Below the pieces are notes generated by a model that saw only the letters and a program-made list of their open reading frames with translations, had not been told where the DNA came from and did not search any database. Made by a program: the position numbers and the translations under genes. A DNA stretch of 64,000 nucleotides from the NCBI GenBank assembly GCA_010093705.1, contig MU006122.1, positions 5,331-69,330 of the forward strand, given 5' to 3'. The stretch comes from Patellaria atrata CBS 101060. Its lineage: Eukaryota. Shown here one piece after another: positions 1 to 14,597 of the stretch; position 1 is the first letter of the stretch, and each line of letters starts with the position of its first letter.

Positions 1-3000
1 TAATAAATATAATATAAAAAAAATAACTATTTATATTATAAATAATAAAAAATTATAATAAAGTTTAAAAATTAAAATTATATATATAAATATTTACTAA
101 TAAATAAATATTAGATAAAAGAATATAAAAACTATAAAAATAAAATAAAAATATTTAAAAAAAATCGAGAATTTAAATTATTAATAAATAATTATAGAAA
201 ATATAATAGTTTTAATTATATAAATAAATTTAAATATAAATAATATTATTAAATATTAATTTATATAGAATATATAATAATAATATAAAAAGACTATAAA
301 TATAATATAAATTATTAGTATTATAAAGATTTAAAAGAAAAGTTTTATATAAAAAAAATATTTTTATAGAAAATAGAAATACTTTAAAATAATAAAAAAA
401 ATATTTAAATATATTATTAAATATAATATATAAGACTTTAAATAATATATAATAAAAGATATATAATATAATTATTATATAATATAAAAGATAAAAAGTA
501 AAAATTAAAAGTAATTTAAATTATAATATAATTATTAAAAGAAAATATTAAAAGTTTAAATATAAAAAATATTATAAAGACTTATATTATAAAAGATATA
601 ATAAGTTATATTAAATTAAATATATAGAATTTAATTATTTAATATATAATTATATAAAAAACTATTAAATTATTTAAAGTAAAAATAATTAAAAAATATA
701 ATTTTTAAGTTCTTTAAAACTTTATAAAATAATAATAAAATATTTTAAGTAAATATTATTATATATAGTAAAAGAATAATAATATTAATTAATAATAATA
801 TTATTAATTTATTTATTTTATTTTAATAAGTAAAAAAGAAAAATATATTTTTTATAAAATTTAAGAATTTAATTCTATTATAATTAAAAAATAATAAAGA
901 AATAAGATATAAATAAAATTTAATTAATTTTAAAACTATATTAATAAAAGTTAATATATAAAAGAAAATAATTATTTAATATATCTTTATAATTAATTTA
1001 AAAGATATAAATATAATTTTAAAGATAAATTAATTATAAATAATAAATTTAAATATAAATTAGAAAATAAAAAGTATTTAAATTAATTAAAATATTTTAA
1101 AAAAAGATAAAATTAAATAAATAAAATATATTAAATAGATAAATATTAATATATTTATAAGATATATTTTATATTATAAAATAATAAAAATCTATAAAAA
1201 TAAACTTAAAAGTATAAAAGTAATATAGTTTAAAAAAGTAAATATTAAGAAAATTTCTAAAAAACTTAAAATATTTAAAAAATATAATAAGTTTAAAGAT
1301 TTATTTAAAAAAGATATAATAATTATATTTTTAAATTATTAAATATAGAATTATAAAATTATAATTTAATTCTATTTATCTATTATTAAGAAAATAATAT
1401 AAAGTATTTAAAAAATATATTTATATTAATTTAAAAAAGAAATATATATAATTTAATAAAAGTTTAATAGCTTTATTAATTCTATTTATATTAAAGAAAA
1501 ATAATAAATTAAAATTATATATTAATTATAAATAAATAAATAATATTATAATTAAAAATAGATATTTATTATCTTTAATCTTAGAAATTTAAGATAAACT
1601 ATAAAAAATAAAATAGTTTATAAAATTTAATATTTAAAATAATTATTATTAAATTAAAATAAAAGAAAATAAAAAATAGAAGATAATTATAAAAATAAAA
1701 TTTAAATTATATAAATATATAATAATATCTTTTAATTTAATTAATATTTTAATAATATTCTAAATAATAATTAATTATATATTAAAAGAATATTTAAATA
1801 TATTTATAATAGTTTATTTAAATAATATACTAGTATATATAAATAGAATATTTAAAAAATATAAAAAGTATATAAAGAAAATATTAAAGAAATTATAAAA
1901 GAAAAGACTTTTAATATATTTAAATAAATATAAATTTTATATTAAAGAAATAGAATTTTTAGACCTTATTATTATTATTAAAAGTATATAAATAGACTTA
2001 AAGAAAATAGCTATAATTAAAAATTAACTAATATTAAAAAATATAAAGAATATATAATTATTCTTAAATTTTATAAACTATTATTAAAAGTTTATTTAAA
2101 GATATTTAAAAATAATAATATTATTATTAAAATAAATAAAAAAGAAAAATATCTTTATTTAAATAAAGAAAGTATAAAAAGTATTTAATAAATTTAAAAA
2201 GAAATTTATTATAATATTTATCTTAATTATATTTAACTCGAAAAAATCGATAATACTAAAAATTAATATATTTAACTATATATTAAATATATATATAAGT
2301 TAGTTAAATAAAAAAGAATAACTATATTTAATAATTTTTTATTTATAGAAATTTATAACTATAAAACTAAACTATAATATATATAATAAAAAGTTATTAA
2401 TAATTATTAATATATTTAAATAATAGAGATTATATTTTAAAATACTTAAATATATAATAAAAGTTTAATTAAACTATTAAAATCTAATAAACTTTCTTAT
2501 AATAAAGAAGTTAAATCGAAAATAAATAAGATAAATAAAAATATTTATATCTTTTAATTTTAAGATATTTTATAGATTAGAAGTTAAAAATAAATTAATT
2601 AATATTATAAATAGAAAATTCGATTATTTAAAAAGAATAAAATTAATATATAACGTAATATTAAAAAGAGAAAATAATATAATTATCTATAATTAATTAA
2701 GATTAACTATAATATTAATAATTAAATTTATAAAAGAATAATAAATTTATAATATTTATTAGAAAAATAATATAATAAAGGAATTTTAAAAGAATAATAA
2801 CTTTAAAATAATAAAAATAGTTTAAAAAATATAGTTATATAATAAATTTATATATATTTTAATAATATTATAAAAGATTTTTACTAAAGAGATTTATAAA
2901 GTATTAATATATAATTATTAAAGTATTAATAAAATCTTAAAATAAATTTTAAGAAATTACTATTTCCTAAAAATAAAAAATATAGTAAAGTAAATTATCT

Positions 3001-5426
3001 TAGAATATAATAATAATATATAGAATAAAAATATAAAGTATATACTTTATAAATAAATATAATATATTAAATTATTAAAATAAACGTGAAACTTAATAAT
3101 AATAAACTTTATTATAAATTTATTAGAATCTAAAAATTTAATAATAAAAGTAAAATATAATATAATATTAATTATTATAGAATAATTAATAAAGTTTATC
3201 TACTTTATATTAATAAAGACGATAATAATACTATAAATAATAATATTAATATTAAAAATAATATTAACGAATTATTAAATATTAAAAGAAATTATTTTAA
3301 ATAAAGATAAATTATTTAAATTAATATTTTATTAAACTTTAATATAAAGTTTAAAGATAAACTATAAATTATTTATAAACTTTTATCTATAAATAGATAG
3401 TTAAATTAAAAGAATAAATTATTCTCTAAAATAATACTTATATAATTATATAAATTATTAATAGAATAATTAGATAAAACTATTATTAATAGTATAATTT
3501 ATATATAATAATATAAAATTCGATATTATAAAGATTTTACTCTTTTATATAAACTATAGTTTTAAATTAAAAGTATATTATAAGTTAAAAATAATTTAAA
3601 GTATTTTATAAGAAATCGCGTTAAAAGTTAAATAAATTAAGAAATTATATATATAATTATCGCGAGATATAACTTTCTAAACGATAAAGGCTATAAAATA
3701 TAATAATTAATATAAATCGTTAGAATTAATCTTTAAAAGAGAGAATAAAATTTATTTATTATAGAAAAATTTTAAAATAAAATAATTTAATAAGAAATTA
3801 AATTATAAGAAAATTAATCCTTTTAAAATTAAATAAATTAAAGGAAAAATTAATTATAAGCTAAAGCTATTATAAAAAATAAAAATATATTTAATTTTCT
3901 ATATATTACTTTTAAAATTAGTATATATTTATATTAAACTTTAAATATAATTTATAAAACTTAAGGAAAAAATATTTATAAAATAGAATAAATTTTAAAT
4001 CTATAATAAATAGATAATTAATATAAATATTTAGTAAAATAGAAAGATTATAAATATATTAATAATATATAAAAATTACTTAATTATTTAATAAATTATA
4101 ATTAAAAATTTAAATAATTTTATCGTTAAAATTAAAGAATTTTAAACTTTTAAAGATAGAGAAATTTAAACTAAATTAATTAAAAAGAGATATAATAATA
4201 AAGAAAGAAGAAATAATAAAAGAAAATTATTATCTTTTAATTATTTACTTTAAAATCTTAAATTTTTTAATAAAATTAAATTTATAATAAAATATTTTAA
4301 ATTTCTTTTCTTTAAAAGAATAAAGTTATTTATAAAGATAATAGATATAAATATAAATAACTTTTATATAAATATTTATTTAAACGTAAATTTACTTTTT
4401 ATAATTAAAAATAAACTTTTTATTATTTTTAATAATAATTAATTTAAAGAGAGTTTAAATCTTTAAAATATTAAGTTTATTATAGTTTTTATATATTATT
4501 ATAAAATTATATTTCGAGCTATAGATAATTATAATATTTAAAATAAAAACTAAAAGAAATATTAATAATATAAGAATAAGAAGAATAATAATAAATAAAA
4601 TAAAAAATTAATATAAAATAACTATATAAAGTAATATAAATAATATAATATTAATAATAAATTAAATAAAGTTTAGCTTTTAATATTTTAAAAAAAAAAG
4701 AAAAAAAGATATATATAATTTAATAAATAAATAATATATCTATTATATATTTAAGTAAAAGAAATAAACTTTTAAAATAAAAGTTAAAAAGAAGAAAGAT
4801 AGTATTATAACTATAAATTATAAAAATATATAAATAATAAATAAAGAAAAAAAAGATATACTATTTAAAAAGATTATAAATAAAATAAATAATAATAAAT
4901 TATATAATTTAAATATTTAGATATTTAAATATTTTAATTATAGGAAATAATTAAATAACTAAATAATTAAAATAATTAAAAGAGATTATATAATTTAGAT
5001 ATTTAGATATTTAAATATTTTAATTATAAAGAATAATTAAACGATTAAATAATTAAAATAACTAAAGTATAGATAATTAAATTAATTATAAAAAATAGAA
5101 ATATTTAAGAATAATCTTTCTTTTATATATTTAGATTTTTCGTAATTATTTTTACTATTAATTTTATCTATAAATTTAAATATTATAGTTTTAAACTTAA
5201 TTTTATTTATTATATTATTTCTATATAATATATTTTATCTTATTATAAGTATTATCTAAAGTTAAAAAGTTAATAAATTATATCGATAATTTAAAATATT
5301 TTTATTATATATATTTTATCACTTTATTAAATTTATCTTAATAATTAACTATATTAAATAAAAAGTTAAATATATTTCTAAATTTATTTTATTTTATTTT
5401 AATAAATATAGACTCTTATTATAATA
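1..5426 (+). mobile_element. RIP-inactivated Ty3/Gypsy (chromovirus) LTR retrotransposon, 5' end outside window
   Basis: 1812-1838 reads VYLNNILVY (RT YLDD after G>A). 4028-4051 reads YLVK*KDY (chromodomain YLVKWKGY). A purine tract at ~4786-4802 precedes the 3' LTR at 4803-~5426. Colinear with the reverse-strand copy at 11256-14597. Confidence 0.88.
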
Positions 5427-5429
5427 TTA

Positions 5430-8270
5430 TAACTATTAAAAATAAATAATTAATATATTTTTATTATATATATTAAAATATATATATTAAAATATATATA
5501 TTAAAATATTTTATTTATTTAATTATTTTTAAAAATTAAAATCTTTTAATTATATAATATATTTATCTTTTTATATTATATAAAAATATAAATATAATTT
5601 TTATAAATAATAAAAAGTAAAATTCTATATTTTATAATATAAATATTTTAAATAATTATAATTATAATTTATTTAATTAATTAAATAAATTTAAATTTTA
5701 TATATTTTTTTATATTTATAATAATTTTTATCAATTTAATTATATTTATTTAAAAGATAATTTTCTTAAAATTATAAATATTATTATAATAAATATTATA
5801 TTTAATTTTTATCTTTTTAATAAATTTAAATTATATATTTATTATTTTAAAATATTTTTTAATAATTTTTTATTTAATTAAAAATTATTTTTAATTTATT
5901 TAAATATATTATAAATTTTTTAAATTAATTTTTATTTATTTATTTTTTATTTTATATATTTAATAATTTTTTTATTATATTTATTATTTTATATAATTAA
6001 AATAAATTAAAATAAAAAATATATTAAATAATTATTTATTTTTTAATTATAATAAATTTTTAATAATTAAATTAAAAATTAATTTAAATAAAAATTTAAC
6101 TATATATTTATTAAAACTTTTATAAATATATATTATATATAATAATAATATATTATAAACTTTAAAATTAATTTTTCTTATAAATTTTTCTTATAAATTT
6201 TATTTAATCTTTTTATTAAATTTTATTATTTTATTATTATTAAGATATTTTATAATATAATAAATTTAATAATTATTAAAAAATATTATAATATTTAATA
6301 ATAATTTATATTTAATAATAATTTATATTATATTTAAATTATAAAATAATTTTAATTAATAATATAATATTAAAAAAATAAAAAATTAATAAATATTTAT
6401 ATTTATAATTAAATTTATAATTTTATTATTATAATTTAAAGATAATATAATATTATATTAATATTTAATAAATTAATTTAAATATTTTAAAATATTTTTA
6501 TATTAAAATAAAAATTTTTTAATTTAATAAATAAATAATTATTTTTAAAATTTTTATTATTAAATATTAATATATTTATTAAAATATTTAATTTATTATT
6601 AATATAATTATTAAAAATTATTATAATAATTTTAGAAAAAAATTATATTTTATATATAAAAATATAAAATAATAAATTTTTTATTTTAATAAAATTATAT
6701 TAATTAATTTATATAATAATTATATTAATATAATTAATATTAATTTTAAAATTTATTTTATTAATATTATAAAAATATTAACTTTAAAAATTATATTTTA
6801 TATATATATATATATTAATTATAAATAAAAATTAATTTAAAAGTAAATAAATATTTTTATAAAAAGTTTATTAAAAATTATATATATAAAAAAAATATAT
6901 TTTAAATTTTAAATAATATTTTATAAATAATATAAAGATTTTTTATTAATATATTATATATAAAATAATCTAAAAATTTTTTTTATTATATTTTTAAAAT
7001 TATTAATTTAAAGATAAAATTTTTATAAATTTAAATTAAATATATATTTTATATTTATTTCTTTTCTATTAAAAATTAATTAAATTAAATATTATATTCT
7101 TTAAATTTTATAATATATTTATTAATTTAATTTATAAAAATTATTTAAAAAAATATTATATATTTATTATAATTATAAATTATAAAAATGGATAATTATT
7201 AAATAAAAAGAAAAAAAAAGATTATTTAAAAAAATTATAAATAATTTTTATAAATAAAATTATATAATATAAATATTTAATTATTTAATTATAAAAAATA
7301 ATTATATAATTAAATAATTAAAAAATTAAATATTTAATAAATATAAAATATTATTAAAAATTATATATTATTATATATTATAGAATTTTTAATATTTATT
7401 ATATTTATTATAATATAAAATATTTTAATAATAATAAAATAATAAAATTTAATAAAAAAATTAAATAAAATTTATATTTTAAATTTATAAAAAAAATTAA
7501 TTTTAAAGTTTATAATATATTATTATTATATATAATAAATATTTATAAAAGCTTTAATAAAAATATTAATAAACTTTTATTTAAATTAATTATTAAATTA
7601 ATTATTAAAAGTTTATTATAATAAAAAAATAAATAATTATTTAATATATTTTTAATTTTAATTTATAAGAATTTATATCTTAATTATATAAAATAGTAAA
7701 TAGAATAAATAAATTATTAAATATATAAAATAAAAAGTAAATAAATAAAAATTAATTTAAAAAGTTTATAATATATTTAAATAAATTAAAAATAATCTAT
7801 AAATAAATAATAAATTATTAAAAAATATTTTAAAAAGATTTTAAAAAGATTTTAAAATAATTAATATATAATTAAAATTTATTAAAAAGATAAAAATTAA
7901 ATATAATATTTTTAATTTTAATAAAATTAACTTTTAAATAAATATAATTAAATTAATAAAAATTATTATAAATTTAAAAAAATATATAAAATTTAATTTT
8001 ATTTAATTAAATAATTAAAAGTAAATTATAATTATTTAAAATATTTATATTATAAAGTATATAATTTTACTCTTTATTATTTATAAAAATTATATCTATA
8101 TTTTTATATAATATAAGAAGATAAATATATTATATAATTAAAAAATTTTAGTTTTTAAAAATAATTAAATAAATAATATATTTAATCTTAAATAATTAAA
8201 GTATTTTAATATATATATAAAAATATATATAATAAAAATATATTAATTATTTATTTTTAATAATTATAAA
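5430..8270. repeat. Long inverted repeat pair (~860-bp arms at ~5430-6290 and ~7375-8270) of an unidentified, fully RIPed repeat
   Basis: 5521-5660 is the reverse complement of ~8025-8166, and 6241-6290 matches ~7378-7430. A third copy in direct orientation lies at ~23081-23770. Confidence 0.8.
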
Positions 8271-11200
8271 AACTATTTTAATTAAAATTTTAAGAATTAT
8301 TATTTAAAAAATAAAATTTTATATATTTTATATATTTTTTTATTTATTATATATATTTTAATTATTTAATATAGTTTATTTTTTATTATTAAAATATAAA
8401 TACTTTTAATATATTTAAGATTTAATATATTAATATATTTTTTATATTAATAAAAAAAGCTTTTTATTAATTTTTAAAAATATATTTTTTAATATATTTA
8501 TAAAAAAGAATTATTATAAAATTTTTAAAATATTAAATTTTATTTTTATTAATATATAAATAATATTAAATTATTTTAAAATATATTTATATTTTTTATT
8601 AATATCTTTATTATTATAAATATTATAATAATTAAAAACTTTAAATAATATATTTAAATTTAAATTATAAATAAAATTTTATTTTTAAATTATCTATTAT
8701 ATTTTAATTTTAATTTATATAATTTATAAAAAAAGCTAAAATAATAATATATAAAAATATATTTATTAATATTTATATTATTAAATTTTAAAAGTAATTA
8801 ATAATAATAATTAAAAGAAAAATATATAAATAAAAATAGATTTAATAAAATAATATAATAAAATAAAATAAAATAAAATATTAATAAAATTATTTATTAA
8901 AATATTTATAATATTTTAATAATTAAAGAAAATTTAAAATAATAATAATTATAAAATAATTTAATTAATTATATAATATTATAAAAATTATAAAATAATT
9001 TAATTAATTATATAATATTATAAAAATTATAAAAAGATTAAATATAATATTTAAATATATAAAAAAAATTAAAAGAAATTTCTAAATTTAAGATAAATAT
9101 AAATTATATAAATTCTTTATTTAATAATAAATAATTTAATATTCTTTATAATAAATTATTTATAATAAGAAATTTTATAATATTTAATATTATATAATAT
9201 TTAATAATATTTTCTATTATAATTAATTACTTTTTAAATTTATAAATATAAATATTTATAAATTTATTTTTATATATTATTAATTTAGTTTTTTTTATAA
9301 ATTATATAAATTTAAAATAAATTTTAATTATAATTTAAATTTTAATTATAATTTAAATTTTAATTATAATTTAAATTTTAATATATTATTTAAAGTCTTT
9401 AATTATTATAATATTTATAATAATAAAGATTTTAATAAAATATATAAAGATATTTTAAAGCGATTTAATATTACTTATATATTAATAAAGATAAAATTGA
9501 ATACTTTAAAAATTTTATATTATAGCTATAAATTATAGAAATATATAAATAATAAATAAAGAGAAGAAAGAAATACTATTTAAAGAAATTATAAATAAAA
9601 TAAATAATAAAGAATTATATAATTTAAATAGTAATTATTAATTATATTAATTATTATAAACGATTAATAACTAAAATAATTAAAATATAAATAACTAAAT
9701 TAATTATAAAAAATAAAAATATTTAAAAATAGTTTTTCTCTTATATATATAATTTTTTCGTAATTATTTTTACTATTAATTTTATTTATATATTTAGATA
9801 TTATAATTTTAAATTTAACTTTATTTATTATATTATTTCTATATAATATATCTTATTTTATTATAAATATTACTTGAAATTAAGAAATTAATAAATTATT
9901 TTATTAATTTATAATATCTTTATTATATATATTTTATTATTTTATTAAATTTATCTTAATAATTAATTATATAAATAAAAAGTTAAGTATATTTCTAGAT
10001 TTATTTTATTTTATCTCGATAAATATAAACTCTTATTATAATATTATAATTATTATATAATAGAAAAGTATATAATAGATTTAGATACAATATTATTAAC
10101 TATAATTAATATAAAGATAAATAAAAAATATATCTAAATATTATATAAATATATTAATAAATTTAAAAATAAAGAAATAGTTTAAAAGTTTAAAAATTAG
10201 CTTAAATAGCTTATTATATAATTATTATTACTATAAAAGTAAACTATAAAAGTTAAAGAATCTATATTTTATAATAATAAATAAAATAAGTTAAGAGAAT
10301 TTTTAACTTAAATAAAAATCTATTATAAAAGAATATAATTAATAAATTATAGTAAATATATATTTAATATATTAATATATTTTAAAGAAATAATTTTAAA
10401 ATAATTTTAATCTATTATATAAAACTATTTTAAGAATAATACAGAATATTAAAAAAATAAAATAGTTAAAATTTTTAAATTATTTTTAAAGTTTAAAGAA
10501 ATATTTAAAAACGTTTTTAAAGAAGTTAATAAATAATAAATAGTTAAAAAGAAATTTTAAGAATTTAGATAAAAAGAATTAACTTTAAAATATATAATTA
10601 TATTTTAATAAATAATTATTATAATAGAAATTTATATTTATTAAAATAAAGTTAGATAAATTTAAAAATACGCTTAACTTCTTATTTAAAATAGTTAACT
10701 ATTAAAATAGATTTAGTAAAGTGATATAATATATATAATAAAGATATTTTAAGTTAATAGTATAATTTACTAATTTCTTAACTTTAGATAATACTTATAA
10801 TAAGATAAAATATATTATATAGAAATAATATAATAAGTAAAGTTAAGTTTAAAACTATAATATTTAAATTTATAGATAAAATTAATAGTAAGAATAATTA
10901 TAAAGAATCTAAATATATAAAAGAAAGATTATCTTTAAATATTTCTATCCTTTATAATTAATTTAGTTATTTATACTTTAGTCGTTCTAATTATTAGTTA
11001 TTTATAGTGATTAACGCGATTAATAATTATTATTTAATTATTTTAATCGTTAATCGTTTATAGCGACTAGCGTAACTAATAATCACTATTTAATTATTTT
11101 AATTATTAGTCGTTTATAGCGACTAGCGCGACTAGCGACTATTATCTAGATTATATAATTCTTTATTACTCGTTTTATATATAATTTTCTTAAGTGATAT

Positions 11201-14200
11201 TCCTTTCTTCTCTTTACTTATTATTTATATATTCTTATAATTTATAGCTATAACACTATTTTCTCTCTTTTTAACTTTTATTTTAAGAGTTTATTTCTTT
11301 TACTTAAGTATATAATAGACGTATCGCCTATTTATTAAATTATATATATCTCTTTTTCCTTTCTTCTAAAATACTAAAAGCTAAACCCCGTCTAATTTAT
11401 CGCTAATATTATATTATTTATATTACTTTATATAATCGTTTTATATTAACTCTTTATTTCGTTTATTATCGTTCTTCTTATTTTTATATTATCGATATTC
11501 CTTTTAATTTCTATTCTAAATATTTTACTTAGAGTATAAAATATAATCTTATAATAATATAAAAGGATTAGAATAAGTTTAATACTTTAAGAGTTAAACT
11601 TTATTATAAATTTATTAAAGCTTATTTTACTCGTAATAAAGCGTTTACTTAAGAGAAGTATTTAATACGATAATTTCGTTTTTTTAATTAAAAGAAGTTT
11701 AAAATATCTCGTTATAAACTTAGTTTTATTAAGAAATTTAAGGCTTTAAAGTAAATAGTTAAAGAATAATAAACTCTCTTAATAGCTTTCTCTTCTTTTA
11801 CTATTATATTTTCTTTTAATTAGTCTAGTTTAGGTTTCTCTACTTTTAAGGGTCTAGAATTCCCTAATTTTAACGATAAAATTATTTAAATTTTTAATCG
11901 TAGTTTATTAAATACTTAAATAGTTTCTATATATTATTTATATATTTATAGCCTTTCTATTTTACTAAATATTTATATTAATTATCTATTTATTGTAGAT
12001 TTAAGATTTATTTTACTTCGTAAATATTTTCTTTCTTAAGTTTTATAGATTATACTTAAAGTTTAATATTAGTATATACTAGTTTTAGAAGTAATATATA
12101 GAAAACTAGATATATTTTTATTCTTTATAGTAATTTTAACTTATAATTAATTTTTTCTTTAATCTATTTAATTTTAAAAAGGTCGATTTTCTTATAATCT
12201 AATTTCTTATTAAGTCGTTTTATTTTAAAGTTTTTCTATAATAAGTAAACTTTATTCTCTCTTTTAAAGATTAGTTTTAGCGACTTATATTAATTACTAT
12301 ATTTTATAGCTTTTATTATCTAGAAAACTATATCTTATAATATATATCTTATAATATATATCTTTTATATTCTTTAGTATCGGTTAATCTTTAATTACAG
12401 CTATCTTTTTTAGGTCTACTCGTATATCTTTAATAGTAATAATAAAGCCTAGAAATTCCGTTTCTTTAATATAGAATTCGTATTTATTTAAATATACTAG
12501 AAGTCTCTTCTCTCGTAATTTCGTTAATATTTTCTTTATATATTCTTTATACTTTTCGAGCGTTCTATTTATATATACTAGTATATTATCTAAGTAAATA
12601 ATTATAAATATATCTAAATATTCTTTTAATATATAATTAATTATTACTTAAAACGTTATTAGAGAATTAAACTAAATAATATTATTATATATTTATATAA
12701 TCTAAATTTTATTCTTATAACTATCTTTTATTCTTCGCCTTCTTTTATTTTAATTCGATAGTAACTATCTTAGATATTAAATTTCGTAAACTATTTTACT
12801 TTTTATAACCTATCTTAGATTTCTAAAATTAAGAATAATAAGTATTTATTCTTAATTATAATATTATTTAACTATCTATAATTAATATATAATCTTAATT
12901 TACTATTCTTTTTTAGTATAAATAGAATCGATAAAATTATTAGATTTTTATTAAGTCGTATATATCCTTTTTTTTAAGTTAATATAAATATATTTTTTAA
13001 GTGCTTTATATTATTCTCTTATTAATAGATAAATTAGATTAAGTTATAATTTTATACTCTTCTTTAATATTATTTTATAATCTTATATTTAATAATCTAG
13101 AAATATAGTCGTTATATCTTTCTTAAATAAATCTTTAAACTTATTATACTCTTTAAGTATCTTAGATTTTTTAGAAATCTTTTTAACGTTTACTTTTTTA
13201 AGTTATATTACTTCTATACTTTTAAATTTATTTCTATAAATCTTTATTATCTTATAGTACGAAATATATTCTATAAATATACTAATATCTATTTATTTAG
13301 TATATCTTATTCGCTTAACTCTATTCTTTTATAAGATATTTTAATTAATTTAAATACTTTTTATCTTCTAGTTAATATTTAAATTTATTATTTATAATTA
13401 ATCTATTCTTAAAATTATATTTATATCTTCTAAATTAGTTATAAAAATATATTAAATAATTATCTTCTCTTATATATTAACTTCTATTAGTATAGTTTTA
13501 AAGTTAATTAGACCTTATCTATATTCTATTTCTTCGTTATTTTCTAATCGTAGCGGGACTAAATTCTTAAATTTTATATAAAATATACTTTTCCTTTCTA
13601 TCTATTAGAGTAAGATAAACGAATCGATAGTGTTATTATTAACTAACGCTATTATTCTCTTACTATATATAATAACGTTTATTTAAAGTGTTCTATTATT
13701 ATTTTATAAGATTTTAAGGAACTTAGAAGTTATATTTCTCGATTATTTCTATTTTAAGTAGCTTAGTAGTTTTTTATATAGTTATACGTTAAATAGTTAG
13801 GTTTTATATATTTAATCTAATATAGTTTATTATATCTATCGTAATATAGGCCTTTATAATATTTTTTATATTCGAGCTTTTAATACTCTTTCTTAATAAC
13901 TATATTATAGTTAAAGTTACTCTTAATTTCTACTCTTTATCTCTATACTATATAATAGTTATACTATATATCTTTTATTATATATTATTTAAAGTCTTAT
14001 ATATTATATTTAATAATATATTTAGATATTTCTTTATTATTTTAAAGTATTTTTATCTTTTATAGAAATACTTTTTCTTTATAAAACTTTTCTTTTAAAC
14101 CTTTATAATATTAGTAATCTATACTATATTTATAGTCTTTCTATATTACTACTATATATTCTATATAAATTAATATCTAATAATATCGCCTATATTTAAG

Positions 14201-14597
14201 CCTATCTATATAATCGAAACTATTATACTTTTTATAATCGTTTATTAGTGGTTTAAGTTCTTAATTTTTTTTAGATTCTCTCGTTTTATCTTTATAGATT
14301 TTATATCCTTTTACCTAGTATTCGCTCTTAGGTAAATATATATAAGTAAAGTCTTAATCTTTAAACTTTATTATAGCCTTCTATTATTTATAATATAAGT
14401 AGTTACTCTCTTTATATTATATTTATCGAAAGATTAGATAGTCTTCTACTTTTAATATAAGATTTAATTATTATTCTTTAATAATTATATTAGTATTAAA
14501 TTTAGGTTTAATTAGTTTCTAATTTTAGAACTTTTATTCGAGTTATTATTATTATTCTATAATCTAGTATATAAGGCTTAGTCTATTAAATATTTAT

